Positions 1 through 9,833 of a DNA stretch of 32,000 nucleotides are shown here, piece after piece; the stretch's first letter is position 1, and each line of letters opens with the position of its first letter. The DNA is from Cuniculiplasma divulgatum (GTDB lineage Archaea > Thermoplasmatota > Thermoplasmata > Thermoplasmatales > Thermoplasmataceae), in contig NZ_LT671858.1 of the NCBI RefSeq assembly GCF_900083515.1, forward strand, positions 1,860,001 to 1,892,000. The letters run 5' to 3'. The notes beneath the pieces were generated by a model. The model was not told the DNA's origin. It made no database searches and saw nothing but the letters and a program-made list of their open reading frames with translations. Both the position numbers and the translations under genes were made by a program.

Positions 1-216
1 CATTGCGGAATTTGATTTTTCTGTTCCAAATATGATTCCAGTCACTTTTCCCCCATTCTTTTCTTTAAGCTGCACAGCTGCTTCAATGGAGTTTTTGCTC
101 AGGTTCTCGATCCGAAGTGGTATATTCTGAGTGAGTGGTTCACCACTGTTTGGATCTGTCTTGAGCTGATCTATATCTATTATCTGTTTGATTAAAACAA
201 CTATATTCAACGCCAT
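1..216 (-). CDS. etfB: electron transfer flavoprotein beta subunit, N-terminal 72 codons (gene runs off the window start)
   Basis: Absent from the ORF track because it is open at the window edge. The reverse complement from the ATG at 216-214 reads MALNIVVLIKQIIDIDQLKTDPNSGEPLTQNIPLRIENLSKNSIEAAVQLKEKNGGKVTGIIFG. This shows the I-K-Q N-terminus and the LKE..GG.VT segment typical of EtfB. A GGAGTG Shine-Dalgarno-like element lies just upstream. The gene is divergent from a thiolase/ACAD operon. Confidence 0.75.
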   Translation of the reverse strand, partial: MALNIVVLIKQIIDIDQLKTDPNSGEPLTQNIPLRIENLSKNSIEAAVQLKEKNGGKVTGIIFGTEKSNSAM

Positions 217-297
217 AACGTTCACTCCTATTCCAGATTGTTTTCAAGGTAAATATCCCTTACCTGATTTAAACATCTGGTAATTTTTTGATTATTA

Positions 298-1563
298 ATG
301 AATGTGTCGATTTCGTATGTCGATATCGAAAATATATTTATGTTAAATATGTATATGGCTCATGGTGAAATAGTGAATAACGACTCAGTTCATATAATAG
401 ATTTTAAGCGAAGTGCGTTCTCAAGGTCAAGGCCTCAGGATCCGGAGAGGGACATGCTTAACTCAATGAGAATGGATGAGGTTCTTGGAAAACTTATAAA
501 AGATACAGTATCGAGAAATGGGATCAATACAGAAGATATTGATGACGTGATAACAGGATGCGCAATACAGGCTGACGAAAACTGGACTTATGGTGGAAGA
601 CATCCTGTATTCATGGGCGGGATGCCATTCAATGTTCCAAGTATGTCTCTGGACAGGGCCTGCTCATCATCACTTAATGCGATTTCAATTGGTGCAATGG
701 AAATAATGACTGGGAATTCAAGAATAGTCCTTGCAGGGGGCATGGAACATATGACCCATGTACCACTCAGCAACAATCCTCATGTAAAGCCAAACATGAA
801 ACTCATGGTCAGACCTGAGTTCATGAAATATCAGATGAACATTTCATACAACATGCTTGCCACTGCTGAAAAACTGGCTGCTCTGAGAAATATAGGAAGG
901 GATGAGATGGATGAATATGCCTATGAGAGCCATCTTAGAGCTGTCAAGGGCCAGGAGGAGGGTTTTTTCAAGGGAGAAATACTTCCAATTGAAGTTGAGA
1001 ATGATGGAAAAACAGTGATATTTGACAGAGACCAGGCAGTTCGGAAAGATGCAACTCTTGATGGAATGAAGAAACTCAAACCAATTTTAAAGGAAGATGG
1101 AGTCATAACAGCAGGAAATTCATCTCCTCTCAATGCCGGTGCATCTCTCGTTGCTCTGGCAAGTGGAGAGAAAGTAAAGGAATATGGTTTTAGCCCAATG
1201 GCTAGAATCCTAAGTTTTGGATGGGCTGGAGTAGATCCATCTATAATGGGAGAGGGTCCGGTACCGGCAACAAAGAAAGCTCTGGAAAGAGCAGGACTAA
1301 AGCCGGATGATATTGATCTCTGGGAAATAAATGAGGCTTTTGCAGTTGTTGTCCTGAATGCAATGAAAGCGTTCAATATTCCAAGAGAAAAGGTAAATAT
1401 TTACGGAGGAGGAATTTCAATAGGTCATCCATTGGGGGCTACAGGTGCCAGAATAGCTGGAACACTGGCAAGAGAGCTAAAGGAGAAGGGCAAAAGGTAT
1501 GGAGTTGCCACCTTATGTGTTGGTGGTGGACAGGGATATTCTGTTGTAGTGGAGGCTGAGTGA
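298..1563 (+). CDS. acetyl-CoA C-acetyl/acyltransferase (thiolase)
   Basis: 421-aa ORF with thiolase active-site segments: nucleophile Cys in LDRACSSSLNAI, NEAFAVVVL, GGGISIGHPLGATGARI and C-terminal LCVGGGQG. The start is uncertain. ATG 298 fits a TATA-like ATTTAAAC centred about 27 nt upstream, whereas a family-typical N-terminus fits ATG 355 (MAHGEIV..). The stop abuts the next start (TGAATG). Confidence 0.9.
   Translation: MNVSISYVDIENIFMLNMYMAHGEIVNNDSVHIIDFKRSAFSRSRPQDPERDMLNSMRMDEVLGKLIKDTVSRNGINTEDIDDVITGCAIQADENWTYGGRHPVFMGGMPFNVPSMSLDRACSSSLNAISIGAMEIMTGNSRIVLAGGMEHMTHVPLSNNPHVKPNMKLMVRPEFMKYQMNISYNMLATAEKLAALRNIGRDEMDEYAYESHLRAVKGQEEGFFKGEILPIEVENDGKTVIFDRDQAVRKDATLDGMKKLKPILKEDGVITAGNSSPLNAGASLVALASGEKVKEYGFSPMARILSFGWAGVDPSIMGEGPVPATKKALERAGLKPDDIDLWEINEAFAVVVLNAMKAFNIPREKVNIYGGGISIGHPLGATGARIAGTLARELKEKGKRYGVATLCVGGGQGYSVVVEAE
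320..329. promoter_or_regulatory. perfect 10-bp palindrome TCGATATCGA, candidate operator at the 5' end of the thiolase/ACAD operon
   Basis: Read directly from the sequence. A degenerate copy, TCGATTTCG, lies at 307-315. The same palindrome with the same flanks recurs at 21908-21917 in front of the PadR gene. Confidence 0.45.
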
Positions 1564-2688
1564 ATGAATTTTGATCTTGACACAGAACTTGAGGAATACA
1601 GAAACAGGGTTAGAGACTTCTCCCTCAGGGAATTTGGAAATGAAGTTGCATCAAAATACGATATGGAGGAGAAATATCCTGATGAATTGAGACTGAAAGC
1701 TTTAAAGGAGGGAATAATAGATTTTTCAAACCCATGGAAAACCATGATAGGGATTGAAGAAATGTGCAGAGTTGACCCTGGTCTTGGTATTTCCGTAACA
1801 GTGCCGTACTTCGGGGCTGAAGTACTCATGCTCCACGGTAGTGATTATTTGAAAGAGAATTATCTTGGAGAGGTTGCTGCAGGAAAGAAGATAATGGGAC
1901 TCGGTGTAACAGAACCAGGAGGAGGTAGTGATGTTGCTGGGTTGAAGACGGTTGCAAGGAAAGAAGGATCAAAATATATCGTTAATGGATCGAAAATGTT
2001 CATAACAAATGGAACACTTGCTGACTTTTTTGTGATGCTTGTCAGAACATCTCCGCCTGATGATCCTAAAAAGAGACACAGAGGATTGAGTGTGCTTGTG
2101 GTTGAGAGAGCGTTCAAGGGATTTGATTCTAACAAACTCACAGGAAAACTTGGTGTAAGGGCAACTAACACTGGAGAACTCATACTGAATAATGTTGAAG
2201 TACCAGCCGAAAATCTTGTCGGAGAAGAGGGCAAGGGATTTTATTACATAATGGAATTTTTTAACATTTCAAGAATCTTTGTAGCTGCGCAATCCATTGG
2301 CATCGCACAGGGCGTACTGGACAGAACAACTGAATACCTCAAGAAACTGGAAAAGGAAGGAAAATATGTTGGTGAGGAGAGAAAATTCAAACTGGCTGAA
2401 ATTGCAACAAGGGTTGAAGCCTCGAGACTTCTGATGTACAAGGCTGCAAGCTTCCTCTTTAATTATAAGCCAAATCCAACCCTTACAAGCATGGCAAAGG
2501 GGTATGCTTCAGAGACTGCAAGTTTTGCTGCTGAAACTGCAATGGAGATCACAGGACAGACAGGTCTCAATACTGAAATTGAAAGATTCTTCAGAGATTC
2601 AAAGATAATGGAGATCTGGGAAGGAACCAGCGAAGTTGAGAAAATAGTCATTTCAAGAATGATATTGAAGGGTGATAAGAATGAATGA
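1564..2688 (+). CDS. acyl-CoA dehydrogenase
   Basis: 374 aa. Contains the TEPGGGSDVAG motif of the ACAD middle domain and a C-terminal IMEIWEGTSEVE with Glu at the usual catalytic-base position. GGAGG lies about 10 nt upstream of the ATG. Confidence 0.9.
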   Translation: MNFDLDTELEEYRNRVRDFSLREFGNEVASKYDMEEKYPDELRLKALKEGIIDFSNPWKTMIGIEEMCRVDPGLGISVTVPYFGAEVLMLHGSDYLKENYLGEVAAGKKIMGLGVTEPGGGSDVAGLKTVARKEGSKYIVNGSKMFITNGTLADFFVMLVRTSPPDDPKKRHRGLSVLVVERAFKGFDSNKLTGKLGVRATNTGELILNNVEVPAENLVGEEGKGFYYIMEFFNISRIFVAAQSIGIAQGVLDRTTEYLKKLEKEGKYVGEERKFKLAEIATRVEASRLLMYKAASFLFNYKPNPTLTSMAKGYASETASFAAETAMEITGQTGLNTEIERFFRDSKIMEIWEGTSEVEKIVISRMILKGDKNE

Positions 2689-3688
2689 ACAGGCTGAATT
2701 AATGAGGGAAACCGTTAAGGAATTTGCAGATAAAAATCTGAAAGATCTGTCATTAAAGGTAGAAAGAGAAGGAATTCCAGACATAATTAAGGAGAAGATA
2801 ATAGAACAGGGTTTCCTTGGATCAACCCTGAAATCAGAGTTTGGAGGAGCTGGATTAGATCCCCTTAGCCATAGACTGATTCTCTTTGAACTGGCAAAGG
2901 TATCTCCTTCTGTTGCAGCATATGTTTTCTTCCATAACGACATTGTTCTGAAACTACTTTCTGATAAGGGAAAAAAGGAACAGATTAAAGCAGTGATAGG
3001 TGGCAAGGATTCTTATGCAATATCGATTTCAAGACTGACTGATGATAGTGCTGAAAATAAGGATAATGAAGTTCTGAAAAGAGCCCTGAATAGTAAATCA
3101 AATAGATATCTCGATCTTTCTGAAAATGGTGTTGTCTTTTCAGGAACAGGAACTGCTCAAAAGATCAATGATTTCAAGCCCCTGGGTCTGAGAGGCATGG
3201 GAGTTTGTGATTTTAGACCTTCAGACAGGGAAGAAGTAGGAAAGAAAGAAGATTTAGAGAGTATACTGGTTCGTTCCTCTGGTGATATCAGTGCAATTTT
3301 CCTTGGAATAACGGAAGGGGCACTTGACAATGCTATTGAATACACGAAGGTAAGAAAAACGTTTAATGAACCACTGAAAAATTATGAGCCAGTAGCTTTT
3401 AGAATTGCAGAGATAAAATCAGAACTGGATATGCTGAAGTTCGCCTTATTTGCGGAAGACTGTGATGAGATAATGCTGCTTATGCTCAAGGATTTGTCAG
3501 CTTCTCTGGCGAGAAAGGCAACAAAATATGCACTACAATTCCACGGGGGTTACGGATATCTCGAAGATTTCGGTGTAGAGAAATACTACAGGGATTCTGT
3601 TGCACTCAACGCAATCATTTACAGGCCGATTGAGGATAAGAAATTCCTTGCAACAAAAATTTATGATGGTAAATCAGGATATATCTGA
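2681..3688 (+). CDS. acyl-CoA dehydrogenase-like protein, degenerate (catalytic-base and FAD/middle-domain motifs not conserved)
   Basis: ACAD-like N-terminus (AELMRETVKEFADKNL) and C-terminal domain (ALQFHGGYGYLEDFGVEKYYRDS). The I-Y/W-E-G-T position reads IIYRPIED, and the TEPxxGSD position reads ISISRLTDDS. The ORF-track start at 2672 is GTG. ATG 2681 is preferred, giving an 8-nt ATGAATGA overlap with the upstream stop. Confidence 0.7.
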   Translation: MNEQAELMRETVKEFADKNLKDLSLKVEREGIPDIIKEKIIEQGFLGSTLKSEFGGAGLDPLSHRLILFELAKVSPSVAAYVFFHNDIVLKLLSDKGKKEQIKAVIGGKDSYAISISRLTDDSAENKDNEVLKRALNSKSNRYLDLSENGVVFSGTGTAQKINDFKPLGLRGMGVCDFRPSDREEVGKKEDLESILVRSSGDISAIFLGITEGALDNAIEYTKVRKTFNEPLKNYEPVAFRIAEIKSELDMLKFALFAEDCDEIMLLMLKDLSASLARKATKYALQFHGGYGYLEDFGVEKYYRDSVALNAIIYRPIEDKKFLATKIYDGKSGYI

Positions 3689-3751
3689 TTTAACCATTTA
3701 GGGCATATTTTAAGGATTATTTTTGAAGTTAACTCCAAAAACATCTAACAT

Positions 3752-4264
3752 TTAAAGATTTAATTTTTTATAATTTTTGGCCACAAACAGAATGAGGAAA
3801 TAGAGTATAATTGACAGTAAGACTGCCGCCAGCATTATGAGTGAAAATGCGCTGTTGTTAAAGTAAACGTCAACAATAAAAAGCCCAACTGCCGCTGCAC
3901 CTATTTGAGCTATGAGTGCCATGAATGTCAGGATTGAAAAAATAATTCCATATTTGATTGAAACCAGAGAAAGATAAATACTCCATATGATCAGGATCAG
4001 TCCTATAACACCATGAAGAAGTAGCGCTATGTTAACTCCTGAGAATATGAAATAAAATGTGTTGAATAACCCCCTGGTTCTGTCTGTTGTACTGAGAGGT
4101 GAGTGTATTGTAAATGCTGAAATTACACCCGTCACGAACTCCAGTACTAGAATGAAAATAGCAATTTTTGTAAGTTTTCTCAGTGTAAGATAATTTTCTT
4201 CTTCCATTACCTGCATGGAATATCTATTGTGCCTGATTACATAATAATATGCAATATAACACAT
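3752..4264 (-). CDS. hypothetical integral membrane protein (about 4 TM helices)
   Basis: The ORF has four long hydrophobic segments and I recognise no family. An alternative ATG at 4216 (MQVMEEENY..) is equally compatible with upstream A/T-rich boxes. Confidence 0.5.
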   Translation of the reverse strand: MCYIAYYYVIRHNRYSMQVMEEENYLTLRKLTKIAIFILVLEFVTGVISAFTIHSPLSTTDRTRGLFNTFYFIFSGVNIALLLHGVIGLILIIWSIYLSLVSIKYGIIFSILTFMALIAQIGAAAVGLFIVDVYFNNSAFSLIMLAAVLLSIILYFLILFVAKNYKKLNL

Positions 4265-4386
4265 AGTAGATCATTTCAAGGATTTTTTAATATGATAAAT
4301 ACCTGAACACGAATATCATGAAAAGATCTGTAAATTTAGTAAAGTTTACTTCATAATATTTATTTATACTTTATTGATGAACTACT

Positions 4387-4920
4387 ATGTATACAAAACG
4401 AGGGGATAAGGGAGAAACTGACACAGGCACAGGAATGAGAGTTACGAAGGGGTCTGCTATTATTGATACAGAAGGAGATATAGATGAGGTAAACTCATTC
4501 ATAGGTTTTGCCCTTGTTAATACAAGATGGGATGATATTAGAGAAGATCTTCAACAGATTCAGGTGGATCTATTTACTCTTGGAGAACATATAACAACTC
4601 AGGGAACGAGAAGAACCATAACCCCGGAGAGAGTCAAATGGCTTGAGGATAGAGTTACATATTACAGGAAAGAATACGGGAGGATAAGATTATTCGTGAT
4701 TCCTGGAGGAAGCAAAGAGGCAACAAGCCTTCACATGGCAAGAACAGTCTGCAGGAGACTTGAGAGGGATCTCGTAAAATCAAAAAATGAAGTGGAAATC
4801 CCGGCAGTTCTTGAGGAATATGTAAACAGGTTGTCTTCAGTACTCTTCTTCCACGCGCTTGTTTCCAATAAGCGACTGGGAATAGATGAGAGAATATTTT
4901 ATCTTAGAGAACTTCCATAG
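4387..4920 (+). CDS. ATP:cob(I)alamin adenosyltransferase, PduO/MMAB type
   Basis: The N-terminal YTKRGDKGETD motif is characteristic of PduO-type adenosyltransferases. At 177 aa the size fits the family. Confidence 0.85.
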   Translation: MYTKRGDKGETDTGTGMRVTKGSAIIDTEGDIDEVNSFIGFALVNTRWDDIREDLQQIQVDLFTLGEHITTQGTRRTITPERVKWLEDRVTYYRKEYGRIRLFVIPGGSKEATSLHMARTVCRRLERDLVKSKNEVEIPAVLEEYVNRLSSVLFFHALVSNKRLGIDERIFYLRELP

Positions 4921-4935
4921 ACTTTTTTATCCTTT

Positions 4936-6264
4936 TCACTCCTCTTCTTCATTTATGAATGAATAAATAAAACCAAGAGGAATATGGATCCACTCAGGTC
5001 TGTTTCTTGACTCATAAATTGTCTCATACATTGCCTTTTCTAGAATGAAAGCTTTTAGCACAGAGATAAATAAGTCCTTTGTTTCCCTGAAATCTGGATT
5101 TAGTTTTATCATTTCGTTCAGGTATGCAGATATTACAATATTTTCAATTATTTTGGATGTTTTCCCTGGCTTACTCATTCTTCCCCTGCAAAGGTAGTCG
5201 AAGGATCGTATCAGACCTGCAAGGTCCTTCATGGTACTCTGTTTTGAGGATTTCTCCCCGATGGACCTCATTGGTTCACCTTCGAAATCTATAATCTGCG
5301 GACCTGATTCTGTCTTAAGAATCTGGCCAAGATGAAAATCACCGTGAATCCTTTGCTTCAGGAAGTGATCTGTCATTAATTTTTCAAACTCCTCACCAGC
5401 TTTACTCAATACAGGAATTCCATTATAAACTTCGTGGAAAAGATTTGATTGAGCCTCCCTTGTTTTACATAATTCAATTACCATTTCTTCATATGCTTTG
5501 TATGAGTTTCCCAGTGACTGGATATCTTTTAAATTGAATGGTTCTGCTTCAAATCCTTCAACGCTTACTGTGGATAGAGAGTAATGCATCTTTGCTGTCA
5601 CCGATGCTATATTCCTTGCGGACTCCATTACAATATTGATAAAGTTCTCATCTTCTGGTATGCGATTGAGATAGCTCCAGTAATCACCCTCGTTTTCCAT
5701 AAATCTTGAAAATGTCATAACACATTCCTTATCTCTTAAAGTTATCATTCCAAGAGGTTCCGGTGTGTTCCTGAAATCAGTATGTTTCCAGAGATTTAGT
5801 GGTATAATGTAATCTGGGTTTTCCACATCCGAAGATGTTCTAAAGAATTTGCCTATCACTTTTCTATTTATTATGAATGATGAATTGCTCTGATTTCCGT
5901 TAAATGCATGATAAGAACCCAGATTTTGAAGAATTTCATCCCTGTTCCCATTGAACTTGATTTCTGACGTCCTTCCATCTTCCAGCAATTTTTTAATCAT
6001 GATGAGAACTTTTCCTGACTTTATTGAATCTTCCGTTTCATCCTTTGCGTCATCCCTCACATTGAGCAGAAGATTGATCATCATCCCTGTTTCAACCGAT
6101 CTTAGTTTTAATATGAAAGGCTCATTTCCTGATACTTCCTGTGGATAAAATTCTATTACCTCTATATCCTTAGGATCACTTCCCTTGAGAGGATACCATC
6201 TCTCATTTACCATTTCCCTGAATATTCTTTCCCTGTTTTTCTTAATAATCTCTTCAGTTTTCAT
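4936..6264 (-). CDS. mak: maltokinase (maltose 1-phosphate forming; Pep2/Mak)
   Basis: Contains the HGDFHLGQIL catalytic loop and the IIDFEGEP motif of maltokinases. At 442 aa it is similar in length to stand-alone Pep2. Its start overlaps the treS stop (ATGA). Confidence 0.85.
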   Translation of the reverse strand: MKTEEIIKKNRERIFREMVNERWYPLKGSDPKDIEVIEFYPQEVSGNEPFILKLRSVETGMMINLLLNVRDDAKDETEDSIKSGKVLIMIKKLLEDGRTSEIKFNGNRDEILQNLGSYHAFNGNQSNSSFIINRKVIGKFFRTSSDVENPDYIIPLNLWKHTDFRNTPEPLGMITLRDKECVMTFSRFMENEGDYWSYLNRIPEDENFINIVMESARNIASVTAKMHYSLSTVSVEGFEAEPFNLKDIQSLGNSYKAYEEMVIELCKTREAQSNLFHEVYNGIPVLSKAGEEFEKLMTDHFLKQRIHGDFHLGQILKTESGPQIIDFEGEPMRSIGEKSSKQSTMKDLAGLIRSFDYLCRGRMSKPGKTSKIIENIVISAYLNEMIKLNPDFRETKDLFISVLKAFILEKAMYETIYESRNRPEWIHIPLGFIYSFINEEEE

Positions 6265-7916
6265 GTCGCATCTGGTTTCTCCAAGCTCATCCAGAAGAAT
6301 GAGTTTCTCTGTAAGGTGAAGAAATAGGGAAGTTCCCCTATATCTGGAAATCTTGTGAGACTTATCATTTCTCTTACATGCCAGCCTGAATACTTTCTAA
6401 GGTCCATAGTCACATAGGATGGTTTTCTTGATAGATTATAAACACACAGTATAACCTGATTCTCATATGCTCTTATGAAGGCAAGAATCTCCTTTTGATC
6501 TGAATGAATGAATTCTATGGTTCCCCTTCCAAAAACCTGAGCACTCCTTTTCCTTGTTATTATTAGCTTCCTTAGCCAGTTAAGAAATGAGGAGGGAAGC
6601 CTTGACATTGATTCTACATTATTTACCTCATAGTGGTAATTGGAATTTATTATCACAGGTGCATATAACTGTTCTGGATCGGATCTGGAAAACCCGGCAT
6701 TTCTGTCATAGGACCACTGCATTGGTGTTCTTACACCATTTCTATCTCCGAGATATATATTATCACCCATGTTAATCTCATCCCCATAATAGAGAATTGG
6801 AGAACCAGGCAATGACATTATGAGAGCGTTGAGGAATTCCAGTGCATATCTATCATTGTCAACCAGAGGTGCAAGCCTTCTCCTGATACCAAGATTCAAT
6901 CTCATCTTCGGTACCTTTGCATATTCGCTGTACATTATATCTCTTTCCTCGTCTGATACCATTTCCAGAGTTAATTCATCATGGTTTCTGAGGAATAAGC
7001 CCCATGAACATTTTTCAGGAACAGGAAGCGTTTTGGATATAATATTCTCCACTGGGAAGGCATCTTCCTTTGCCAGGGCTATAAATATTCTTGGCATTAG
7101 TGGAAAATTAAAATTCATCTGGAATTCGTCCTCATTTCCGAAATATTTCTTTGCATCTTCTGGCCACTGATTTGCCTCCGCAAGTAGTATCCTGCCTGGA
7201 TATTCCTCATCTATCATCTTCCTGATTTCCCTGAAGTACTCATGTGTTTCAGGAAGATTTTCACAGCTTGTCCCCTCTCTTTCAAAAAGGTAAGGTACTG
7301 CATCACATCTGAAGCCGTCCAATCCCCTGTCCAGCCAGAACCTTATGACCTTCTTCATCTCATCCCTTACCTCTGGATTGTCATAATTCAGATCTGGCTG
7401 ATGACTGAAGAACCTGTGCCAGTAGTACTGTCCGGTTTGAGGGTCCAGTGTCCAGTTAGATCTCTCTGTATCTATGAATATTATCCTGACCCCTTCGTAT
7501 TTATCTGGCGTATCTGACCAGACAAACCAATCCCTCTTTGAGTTGGTCCTGTCCTTTCTTGCTTCCTGAAACCACTTTATCTGATCTGAAACGTGATTAA
7601 GAACAAGATCGGCTATCACTCTAATGCCTAGCCTGTGAGCCTCAATCATGAAATTATCGAAATCTTTAAGTGTTCCATATTCCGGGAGTATTGAGTAATA
7701 ATCCCTTATATCATATCCATCATCCTTTAGTGGAGAATCGTAGAATGGGAGGAGCCATATGCAATCTATTCCGAGGCTTTTTATGTAGTCAAGTTTCTGA
7801 GTAAGCCCTGGAAAATCTCCTATACCATCCCCATTTGAATCGTAAAACGATCGTACCGGCACTTCATAAAATATAGCATCTTTATACCACAGGTTCTCCT
7901 GTGAATCAGACATCAT
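6261..7916 (-). CDS. treS: trehalose synthase (maltose alpha-D-glucosyltransferase), GH13
   Basis: N-terminus WYKDAIFYEVPVRSFYDSNGDGIGDFPGL. The GH13 regions are VIADLVLNHVS, GFRCDAVPYLFEREGT, LLAEANQWP and FLRNHDELTLE. Its start overlaps the glgE stop (ATGA). Confidence 0.93.
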   Translation of the reverse strand: MMSDSQENLWYKDAIFYEVPVRSFYDSNGDGIGDFPGLTQKLDYIKSLGIDCIWLLPFYDSPLKDDGYDIRDYYSILPEYGTLKDFDNFMIEAHRLGIRVIADLVLNHVSDQIKWFQEARKDRTNSKRDWFVWSDTPDKYEGVRIIFIDTERSNWTLDPQTGQYYWHRFFSHQPDLNYDNPEVRDEMKKVIRFWLDRGLDGFRCDAVPYLFEREGTSCENLPETHEYFREIRKMIDEEYPGRILLAEANQWPEDAKKYFGNEDEFQMNFNFPLMPRIFIALAKEDAFPVENIISKTLPVPEKCSWGLFLRNHDELTLEMVSDEERDIMYSEYAKVPKMRLNLGIRRRLAPLVDNDRYALEFLNALIMSLPGSPILYYGDEINMGDNIYLGDRNGVRTPMQWSYDRNAGFSRSDPEQLYAPVIINSNYHYEVNNVESMSRLPSSFLNWLRKLIITRKRSAQVFGRGTIEFIHSDQKEILAFIRAYENQVILCVYNLSRKPSYVTMDLRKYSGWHVREMISLTRFPDIGELPYFFTLQRNSFFWMSLEKPDAT

Positions 7917-9832
7917 TTCAAAACCCTCTTAAGTATGTGTACTGGCTTGAATTCAGGTGTTAAACGCACATAATTCCTGCCATCCACCCATGAGTAGCTT
8001 TCAAGGTTATAAATATCCATCACATTTACCCTGGAATAGCCCTTCCATTCATCTGGAAGTTCAACCATACCTTCCTGCATCTGTTCTGGGTTTAAATTTA
8101 CTATTACCATGATTTTGTTCTGTCCAAAACCTCTGGTATATGCAAGCAGTGAGGGATTATTACTTTCAATGAATTTCAGGTTTCCTCTCTCCATGAACAC
8201 TGGGTTCTTTTTTCTTATCTCATTAAGATGCGCTATTTCTTCCCTGATATTTATTGGATCATTGAAATCTCTGGTTTTAATTTCATATTTCTCTGAATCC
8301 AAATATTCTTCCCTCCCTGGAATTGGAGTGTCTTCGCATATTTCATACCCGCTGTATATTCCCCACGAAGAAGAAAGTGTTGCTGCAAGTATTGCCCTGA
8401 TAATGAACTGGGCCCTTCCTCCGTGCTGTAATGTGTAAGATAATATATCTGGCGTGTTTGTGAATAAAACTGGCGTGAAGAATGCGCTTACCTCTGGACT
8501 GTTTAATTCGGTGAAATAATCCCTTATTTCCCAGTCAAAATTTTTCCATGTAAAATAACTGTAAGAAAGCTGGAATCCAGCCTTACTCAGACGGTACATC
8601 AGGTTTTGTGTGGTGAATGATTCACTCAGAAATACTGTATCCGGATATTCCTTCCTTACTGACTGGATCATCCATTCCCAGAAACCCACGGGTTTTGTAT
8701 GCGGATTGTCTACCCTGAACATCCTTACACCAACCTCAGCCCAGTACATGACAACACTTTTCAATTCTTCCCATAATTCATCCCTGTTCTCACAGTAAAA
8801 ATTGAATGGATATATGTCGAAATATTTCTTTGGTGGATTTTCTGCATATCGTATTGTACCATCTGGCCTCCTGTAAAACCATTCTGGATGTTCCCGCACA
8901 TATGGGTGATCAGGTGAGCACTGGAACGCCATATCAAGTGCTATCTCCATGTTCTTCGATCTGGCTTCCCTGATCAGAAATTTAAAATCATCCAGTGTCC
9001 CAAGCTCTGGGGCAATTGATTTAAAACCCCCCTTCTCACTTCCAACTGCCCATGGGCTTCCGGGATCATCTTTTGTACATGGAATGATTCCATTTTTCCC
9101 CCTCCTGTTAGTTTGGCCTATGGGATGAATTGGCGGCAAATAAACTACATCAAACCCCATTTCAGAAATATAATTAAGCCTCGCTGCGAGATCTCTAAAG
9201 GTTCCAGATTTTTTGCCCTCAGGAGGTTGAGATCTTGGAAATACCTCATACCATGATTTTGATAACTCGTCACCCATTACCTCTAACCAGAATTTATTAG
9301 TGTTTGTCTCAGATTCTTTTTTATCATATTTATCCAGAATAGAAGAAAAAGCTTCGGGAATTAATGCAAGTTTTTCCTTTTCAGGTTTCTTTAGGTTTAC
9401 TATCTTCCACATTTCCCTGAATGCCTTCCTGTTTCTTCCACGGGCCTTGCTTTCCATCTGTGAGATTCTCTGCTTCAATTCCAGTAAATCACTGTCAACA
9501 CTTTCACCTGCTTCCAGCCAGGATAGTATCCCTCTGATAATGGTCGTTGTTCTGTCGATCCACGCATTTATAGTCATGCTGTAAGACCCTCTTTTTGGCA
9601 GTTGTACTGTAGTCCTGAATACGTCGTTCATTCCTGTGTATTTCATTTCTGTCCTTGAAATAATTTTACCACTAACTGATCGGATAACAACTCTAGCCCT
9701 CAGAAATTGATGCGCTGTGGAATATATTACCGCTTCCACTGGAACATTATCACCACATCTTACTCTAGCTGGAATACTACCATTGTCAACTGTAGGCATT
9801 ACTTTTTCTATGTAAATATCTCTGTATTTCAT
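7913..9832 (-). CDS. glgE: alpha-1,4-glucan:maltose-1-phosphate maltosyltransferase
   Basis: Contains GFDVVYLPPIHPIG, RMFRVDNPHTKPVGFWEW and VFLSESFT..LSKAGFQLSYSYFTW, all typical of GlgE. The ORF-track start at 9850 is TTG. ATG 9832 is preceded by GGAGGT at good spacing and sits 1 nt after the glgB stop. Confidence 0.9.
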   Translation of the reverse strand: MKYRDIYIEKVMPTVDNGSIPARVRCGDNVPVEAVIYSTAHQFLRARVVIRSVSGKIISRTEMKYTGMNDVFRTTVQLPKRGSYSMTINAWIDRTTTIIRGILSWLEAGESVDSDLLELKQRISQMESKARGRNRKAFREMWKIVNLKKPEKEKLALIPEAFSSILDKYDKKESETNTNKFWLEVMGDELSKSWYEVFPRSQPPEGKKSGTFRDLAARLNYISEMGFDVVYLPPIHPIGQTNRRGKNGIIPCTKDDPGSPWAVGSEKGGFKSIAPELGTLDDFKFLIREARSKNMEIALDMAFQCSPDHPYVREHPEWFYRRPDGTIRYAENPPKKYFDIYPFNFYCENRDELWEELKSVVMYWAEVGVRMFRVDNPHTKPVGFWEWMIQSVRKEYPDTVFLSESFTTQNLMYRLSKAGFQLSYSYFTWKNFDWEIRDYFTELNSPEVSAFFTPVLFTNTPDILSYTLQHGGRAQFIIRAILAATLSSSWGIYSGYEICEDTPIPGREEYLDSEKYEIKTRDFNDPINIREEIAHLNEIRKKNPVFMERGNLKFIESNNPSLLAYTRGFGQNKIMVIVNLNPEQMQEGMVELPDEWKGYSRVNVMDIYNLESYSWVDGRNYVRLTPEFKPVHILKRVLK

Positions 9833-9833
9833 T

